From an uncultured archaeon (GTDB taxonomy: Archaea > Asgardarchaeota > Thorarchaeia > Thorarchaeales > CAZPUN01): DNA of 32,000 bases. A program made the position numbers and the translations under genes. A model generated the notes under the pieces. It was not told the DNA's origin. It searched no databases and was given only the letters and a program-made list of their open reading frames with translations. The stretch lies in NCBI GenBank assembly GCA_964589775.1, contig CAZPUN010000062.1, positions 1 through 32,000 of the forward strand, written 5' to 3'. This document shows positions 26,624 to 32,000 of the stretch, in pieces; within the stretch, counting starts at the first letter, position 1, and each line of letters starts with the position of its first letter.

Positions 26624-27763
26624 TTGGAAGAGCAAACCAAGCAGCGCATCACACGAATTCTTGAAAGTGGAAAATACGATAAAATACTTGTTGAGCTCGA
26701 ACAGATCGTGCGTGAAGATCCGGACGATGTCGATGCGAAAGTTCTTTTAGGGTTATCATATATTCAAGACTCTAAGCCAGAACGAGCTATTGAAATTCTT
26801 GAACAAGTCTCTAATGAATTTGAAAGCAATCCTATAATCTGCCATTTTCTAGGTCATGCATATCTAGCAACGGGTCAATTAGAAAAAGCAAAAGATGCCC
26901 TTGAGAAATCTGTACATGAAGATGAAGGTAATTTATCTGCATTATATGATCTTGCATTAACGCTTTTTCATTTAGGCGAATATAAAAATGCCATTGATTA
27001 CATTACCATTGGTTTAAAGAATTTTAATAATGCTGCCGTACTTCACAAGCTTGCAGGCGATGTATGCCTCTTATTAGGTGACTATGAACGTGCTATTTAT
27101 CATTGGACCGAAGCATTACCTGCGAAAATTGAACCTGAAACTATTATGCATAATATGGCGTTAGCATATATTTTATCTTCAGATTTTGAGAAAGCAATAG
27201 ACCTGTTAAATGACGCTCTTTTAATAACTCCTGATGATAATGATATTAGAAGCACATTGGCTCTTGCATTCATTAGAATTAATGAATTAGATAAAGCTGA
27301 AGAACTATTACTTTCTGTAATAAACAAGAATCCAACGCATTTCAATGCTTTACTCTTCTTATCTCAAGTATACTATCTCAAACGCAATCGAGATCTGTGT
27401 AATAAATACTATGATCAGGCAATGTCCTTGATGGGTACTGATGCAGATAAGTTATTTACTGTTGCATTGACGTATCGTAATTGTAAAGAGTATGATGAAG
27501 CCGTATCCTTCCTGAATCTTGCAATTGGACAATTACCTGATGTGCCAATATTTCATCAAGAACTAGCAAAGACCTATTTTTATATGGGCAAGATGCAACT
27601 TTCTTATGAGGAATTAGTTAAAGTGTTTGAACTGCGTGGTTATTTAAAGCTTTCATGCCCTAGCTGCAATATGATTACCAAAATAAAATCCCTAGATGAT
27701 AAATTTGAATGCCCCAAATGTAAAGCGATATTAAAAATGCCTGAAAATTATTGGTGGAAGTAG
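26624..27763 (+). CDS. Tetratricopeptide repeat protein with C-terminal Zn ribbon
   Basis: About 9 TPR-like repeats (LG..Y...G..E.A...L). C-terminal CPSC...CPKC. TTG start after GGGGT. Confidence 0.88.
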   Translation: MEEQTKQRITRILESGKYDKILVELEQIVREDPDDVDAKVLLGLSYIQDSKPERAIEILEQVSNEFESNPIICHFLGHAYLATGQLEKAKDALEKSVHEDEGNLSALYDLALTLFHLGEYKNAIDYITIGLKNFNNAAVLHKLAGDVCLLLGDYERAIYHWTEALPAKIEPETIMHNMALAYILSSDFEKAIDLLNDALLITPDDNDIRSTLALAFIRINELDKAEELLLSVINKNPTHFNALLFLSQVYYLKRNRDLCNKYYDQAMSLMGTDADKLFTVALTYRNCKEYDEAVSFLNLAIGQLPDVPIFHQELAKTYFYMGKMQLSYEELVKVFELRGYLKLSCPSCNMITKIKSLDDKFECPKCKAILKMPENYWWK

Positions 27764-27775
27764 AGCTGGTCAAAA

Positions 27776-28198
27776 ATGAAGAGACCTGAAATTGCAGTCA
27801 GTGGAATTATAACCAAGAATAACAAAGTACTTTTAATTAAGCGTGGGCATGAACCCGCGAAGGGTTGGTGGTCTGTTCCAGGTGGTCATGTAGAATGGGG
27901 CGAACATATTCAAGAAGCTCTTATTCGTGAAGTACGTGAGGAATGTAATATAGATGTAAAGCCAATTCGCTTATTTAGTATTATTGAGGCTATTGATAAG
28001 AAAACCCCTCCTGATTATCATTTCATTCTTATCGATTATATTGCTGAATATGTGTCAGGTAATCCAACAATTGGTAGTGATGCTTCGGACATTGGTTGGT
28101 TCTCCGAAAATGAACTGGACAACATGAAGGTTGTTCCTTCTGTGCTAAAAGTATTAAAATCATATTTTCGAGGGGATCCAAGTTTTATTGACCTCTAA
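27776..28198 (+). CDS. NUDIX hydrolase (ADP-ribose pyrophosphatase/YjhB-like)
   Basis: Nudix box PGGHVEWGEHIQEALIREVREEC; VLLIKRG.EP.KG.WS. Confidence 0.93.
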   Translation: MKRPEIAVSGIITKNNKVLLIKRGHEPAKGWWSVPGGHVEWGEHIQEALIREVREECNIDVKPIRLFSIIEAIDKKTPPDYHFILIDYIAEYVSGNPTIGSDASDIGWFSENELDNMKVVPSVLKVLKSYFRGDPSFIDL

Positions 28199-29427
28199 CT
28201 TTCGATTAAATATGTTTTTGTATCTTTTTGTGGTTCCTTGATTGTAATCAGAATAAGCAGTCCGATAATAAACGATACTAATGGTACGAAAAGACCCTCT
28301 CTTAATGAAAGTCCCGGAAGATCTGCAATTATGCCTGTTAGTAATGGTCCTAGGATACCCCCAAATAATCCAAAGATCGCTGAAACGCCCATGAATTTTC
28401 CTTCTTTTCCTTCTGGAATTAATGCACAGTATAATCCTCTAGTAACTGCTAAATTACCCCCTAATGCAAAACCCGCAATTATAGCTGCAATTAAAACTGA
28501 TACATTTCCTGCCATGAAAATAATATATCCTACACCTGCAATCCATAATAACAAAATTGTAGATTGTATGAGGACAAGTCCAAGCTTATCTCCCATTTTT
28601 CCTAATATTATACTTCCTAATAACGCAGCAGGAAGTGCGAAAATTAAAAATAAGCTAACTTGTGTTTCAGGTACCCCCATCACTTTTGTCACGATAAGCG
28701 ATGCAAATGTCATTATTGCAGAAACGCCATCACCCCATGCAATTGAGGCTATTAGAAATTTAAAAACATCTGGGTCTTTTCTGAAATCATTAATCGTAGA
28801 AAGCAATTCCTTGAAGATATTTTTTGATGTAATTTCTACTGGTCTTGTATCTTGTAGTTTGATCGCAGGTATCATGGCAAATACGAGAAAGAAAATCGCA
28901 ATAAATTGGAATGCTGAAGCATTACCATGTGTCAAGCTCACGAGTACAGCTCCTACTGTGCCTATGCCCCCTCCAAGATATCCCATTGCAATACCAAAAC
29001 CTGACACTGAACCAACTTCCACTTCTTCTGCAGCAACTGCCAAATATGAATTGCATGCTGTCCAACCTGTTTGGATGGCAATTGATGCGACCGAATATAA
29101 AATAACAACATAGACTGCATTATTTAATGATGGCATAAAATATATCGATATTGTCGCAATGATGGTTGAAATAAATATTATTTGTCGTCTTTTCTTACCT
29201 TGTTCTTGGGATTTATCTATGTACGTACCAACAATTGGAGTCCAAAATGCAGTAACTATCGCAGTAATTATCGGAATGATTGAAACAAGCGTATTACTAC
29301 CTGTTAGTTGATTTATTAAAAGAGGGAGAAAAATGCTATTTACAACAAATGCTATTGGTGTAGTTGCAAAGTCCCAAAAAGACCATACTAGTTTGTCCTT
29401 GAAATTCATGAAGTTTTTGCTCCACAC
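28195..29427 (-). CDS. MFS transporter (UMF1/Atg22-like)
   Basis: About 12 TM helices. W..WDFA, G.YID, NSYL, VSGFG.A.GYLGG, G..GDKLG, R.LY..LIPEGKEG.F.G. Start may be 29409. Confidence 0.88.
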   Translation of the reverse strand: MWSKNFMNFKDKLVWSFWDFATTPIAFVVNSIFLPLLINQLTGSNTLVSIIPIITAIVTAFWTPIVGTYIDKSQEQGKKRRQIIFISTIIATISIYFMPSLNNAVYVVILYSVASIAIQTGWTACNSYLAVAAEEVEVGSVSGFGIAMGYLGGGIGTVGAVLVSLTHGNASAFQFIAIFFLVFAMIPAIKLQDTRPVEITSKNIFKELLSTINDFRKDPDVFKFLIASIAWGDGVSAIMTFASLIVTKVMGVPETQVSLFLIFALPAALLGSIILGKMGDKLGLVLIQSTILLLWIAGVGYIIFMAGNVSVLIAAIIAGFALGGNLAVTRGLYCALIPEGKEGKFMGVSAIFGLFGGILGPLLTGIIADLPGLSLREGLFVPLVSFIIGLLILITIKEPQKDTKTYLIES

Positions 29428-29459
29428 TGGTTTTATTTAATTTTCCTGTTTGTTTTGTT

Positions 29460-29999
29460 TCATAAATCTATTAATTTAGGGATTTCTTTGTTTGCGTAAA
29501 TTGTATCGCCTTGAATCGTAATATAGTTTAGGCTTTCCAAAGCTCTTAAATTGTTCGATAGTTCGTCATGGTCCATACCTGACAATTTTTGAAGATCGTC
29601 AAATAGAACTGATTCGTGCTCTTGTATTATACATAATATTTGATATTTTGGCTCTTTGCGAATGATTTCAACATATTTTATAATTGACAACTTAGTATCG
29701 CTAAGTACTTTTTCTTTTTCAACTAATTGGGCTGATAATTCATCAAATTTTGTTAAAGACTTTCCAATTAAATTCAAGGTTTGCGTAATCAGGTCTGAGA
29801 TTTCTTTTGCGGAGTCTGAAACTTCATTTAGTTTCGTGATAAATTGTTGTCGTAATTCCTCGTTCTTTTTATCTTCCATTGGTTTTAACTTCATAATGTA
29901 TTGAATGTAATCACTGATTATTTTACGCGTAGCATCTAATTTTCCTTGATATTGCATCAAAAATTCTTCAGATTTTCGAAGTTTCTCGTCTAAGGTCAT
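29460..29999 (-). CDS. Coiled-coil protein with C-terminal winged helix-turn-helix
   Basis: Heptad-rich first ~110 aa, then PKYQIL.II......FDDL.KLSG.....L...L..LE...YI. ATGA overlap with the upstream gene. Confidence 0.7.
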   Translation of the reverse strand: MTLDEKLRKSEEFLMQYQGKLDATRKIISDYIQYIMKLKPMEDKKNEELRQQFITKLNEVSDSAKEISDLITQTLNLIGKSLTKFDELSAQLVEKEKVLSDTKLSIIKYVEIIRKEPKYQILCIIQEHESVLFDDLQKLSGMDHDELSNNLRALESLNYITIQGDTIYANKEIPKLIDL

Positions 30000-31558
30000 A
30001 ATTCTTCCTCCTTAATTCCGAATTCATCCAAATACACACGCTCTTTGTATTTTGTGTAATTAGTTTTTGTTTTCTTAGGTGTCCATCCCTCTAACATAAT
30101 ATCAAATGATATAGTTGTAAAAGTTTTTGAGAACATTTTTCCATTTAGTACAACACTTTCTTCTGGTTCTATCTCCTTAACCTTCCAAATTATTGATGTT
30201 CCCGCCTCTTGTTCATGTATTTCGCTATTTTCAAGATCTGTTAGAATTTCATATTTTTTAGATGGTAGATTGATAATTCCCTTAATTCCGAAGGCTTTTG
30301 TCGTTCGTGGATTTGTAATTTTGAACTTCCAATATTTTATATCGTCTTTACCTTCAATAATATCTAATGATGCATTCAAGTATGTTTTATTCTTACTAAC
30401 TAACTTCTTTGTCTGGCGATAAATTATTTTGCGTTCGTCTAACGTATATGTGATCGTTAGATCATGTTTTACATTATTTTTCGTTATTTTGTATCTTAAT
30501 GCCGTGCCTATTGCAGGTTGTTCTCGTTCCATGCCCAGCATCATTGGTGTTATTTCAAGAATATCGTACTGTTCTGGTATTATGTCTTCAATTATAATGT
30601 AGTCGACATCGTCTGCTCTTGGAATTTTAAATTCTAATTTTGAATATATTTTTTCATCATTTCTTATTATGTCTCCATATTGTCGATACATTTTCAAGAC
30701 GCCATTCTCACTAATTATTATTGTTCGATATATTCTGGGCATGAGGTAATATGTTGTTTCGATAGTATCTCCCTGTTGTAATTTATTGATTTTCCATATG
30801 TATTCCGTGCCATCTGGTGTAAATCTTTTAGTACCTTGTTCTTCAGTATATTCAATGTGAGTTACTTGATATTCGTTAGGGATAACGTCCTTGATTTCTA
30901 CATTTTCAATATGTTCACATTCTGTGTTTGTAAGTCCGGATATCAAAATTGATGTCCATGATGTAAAATTCGAAATGATCTTGATTTTATTATGTGCCTT
31001 TATTTGTTCTCCATTAGCCCAATTAAAATATCTAAAACTATTTGCAATTCCCGTTATTTTTGGACGATTTGCAACTATTAAATCTTCAAAATCTTTTATT
31101 TCACTATCTTGTGATAATTCGTTAATATCTATGTGAATCGGAAATCTAGGCGTTAAGGAAATCAAGTTTGTTCCTTCATCATATACCGTATGCTTTTCAA
31201 GAATATTTTCCTTTTCCCCTTTTGCTTGCATGACAAGATCATATACTAATGCAAGCTCTGGAAACATATTTACAGAATCCATATCTAATTCTCTAAGAAG
31301 ACTTGAAATTCTTCTCGAATCGTTGTTGAAATGTGCATATAGTAGTGCTTTTGCTTGATACCTAGCAGACTGTCGGTAATTCACTTTTAAAAGGTATAGA
31401 AATGCTAATTTTGATGAAACTTTGGATGCCATATCATAATTTCCATTTTCTACAAACATTCGTACTGCAGTTTCATACGCGTCAATTGCTTTATTCCAAT
31501 TTGATCGTGATTCATATTTTTTTCCTAGCAAATAATATTTCCATGAGCATATTATCAT
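29996..31558 (-). CDS. Hypothetical protein: N-terminal TPR/SNAP-like helices plus about three beta-sandwich (DUF11-like) repeats
   Basis: NWNKAIDAYETAVRMF..NGNY..A helical repeats. Repeats IKDVIP...YIWKINKL..G, IEDIIP...LRYKI and ITN...NLP...IIWKVKEIEP. ATGA overlaps on both sides. Confidence 0.7.
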   Translation of the reverse strand: MIICSWKYYLLGKKYESRSNWNKAIDAYETAVRMFVENGNYDMASKVSSKLAFLYLLKVNYRQSARYQAKALLYAHFNNDSRRISSLLRELDMDSVNMFPELALVYDLVMQAKGEKENILEKHTVYDEGTNLISLTPRFPIHIDINELSQDSEIKDFEDLIVANRPKITGIANSFRYFNWANGEQIKAHNKIKIISNFTSWTSILISGLTNTECEHIENVEIKDVIPNEYQVTHIEYTEEQGTKRFTPDGTEYIWKINKLQQGDTIETTYYLMPRIYRTIIISENGVLKMYRQYGDIIRNDEKIYSKLEFKIPRADDVDYIIIEDIIPEQYDILEITPMMLGMEREQPAIGTALRYKITKNNVKHDLTITYTLDERKIIYRQTKKLVSKNKTYLNASLDIIEGKDDIKYWKFKITNPRTTKAFGIKGIINLPSKKYEILTDLENSEIHEQEAGTSIIWKVKEIEPEESVVLNGKMFSKTFTTISFDIMLEGWTPKKTKTNYTKYKERVYLDEFGIKEEEL

Positions 31559-31977
31559 ACAAGATTCCTCTCGATCTCTATTATCTCAATTTTTTCTCTT
31601 ATGCTTGCGATGATTGAAATCGGTTGCTTTTCGACTTCTATTTGTGACACTCTAAGTGGTTCCGGCTTCTGAGTTGGTACTTCAATATGTGCTGGCTTTG
31701 TGAGTTGTAAAATTCGCCATGTTACTCTTGAGCGAGTTCTTGCAAATTTTAATAGCATATTTTTAATATTTTCATCGAAAAAGCGTTCGCAGATCTCTAT
31801 TAGCTCCTCCTCACTGCGTTTATTTCCAGATGCAATCTCCCTAATTAAAACTGCAATTCTTGCATCTAACTCCGTAATATTCTTCTCTTTCTTTAAGCGT
31901 TCAAGTAATGATAGATTTCCATCCATAATTTGGCAAATCTCTTCATATGCCAACCTTCTTAATACCACTGTGGCCAC
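31555..31977 (-). CDS. Hypothetical protein (140 aa)
   Basis: GTG start in an AGGTGG context. Its stop overlaps the start of the 520-aa gene (ATGA). Confidence 0.65.
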   Translation of the reverse strand: MATVVLRRLAYEEICQIMDGNLSLLERLKKEKNITELDARIAVLIREIASGNKRSEEELIEICERFFDENIKNMLLKFARTRSRVTWRILQLTKPAHIEVPTQKPEPLRVSQIEVEKQPISIIASIREKIEIIEIERNLV

Positions 31978-32000
31978 CTAATTTTAAATCTATTCGCTAA

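Noticed and set aside
28238-29113. 291-aa + strand ORF
   Set aside because: Lies wholly antisense to the MFS gene. Its Pro/Asn/Ile-rich composition is the expected shadow of a membrane protein.
906-31981. Remaining short track ORFs (60-116 aa) nested in larger genes
   Set aside because: They overlap well-supported CDSs, mostly antisense, with no recognisable motifs.
1-32000. CRISPR arrays, transposases, integrases, prophage genes
   Set aside because: No regularly spaced direct repeats or mobility-protein motifs were seen.

Overview
AT-rich, gene-dense archaeal chromosomal segment. It is most consistent with an Asgard archaeon (inference from archaeal-type MetRS, a TFS/RpoM-like Zn-ribbon protein, BRE/TATA-type promoters and GGTGA/GGAGG ribosome-binding sites, plus a Rab/Ras-like small GTPase and a PRMT-like methyltransferase). 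About 29 CDSs are supported. They include ogt, a QW-repeat prenyltransferase-fold protein, a GNAT, DUF389, a five-gene MacB/FtsX-type ABC cluster with a membrane-anchored Asp-box surface protein, a HerA/VirB4-like ATPase with a long charged single alpha-helix, a HAD-IIA phosphatase, metG, a split Fe-S L-serine dehydratase (sdaAB/sdaAA), TPR, NUDIX and MFS proteins, and a translationally coupled three-gene operon of unknown function at the right end. I found no rRNA, tRNA, CRISPR array or mobile element. The most notable unexplained signal is a ~208-nt multi-hairpin element at 18000-18207, with a BRE/TATA positioned directly upstream. It lies inside a co-oriented run of 2-TM protein, 6-TM protein and HerA/VirB4 ATPase genes whose composition recalls Ced-type DNA transfer systems. 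Also notable are an unannotated 49-aa membrane peptide and a CCGCT-N4-ATTGCGG motif found at two intergenic sites. All assignments come from reading motifs by eye; no searches were run.
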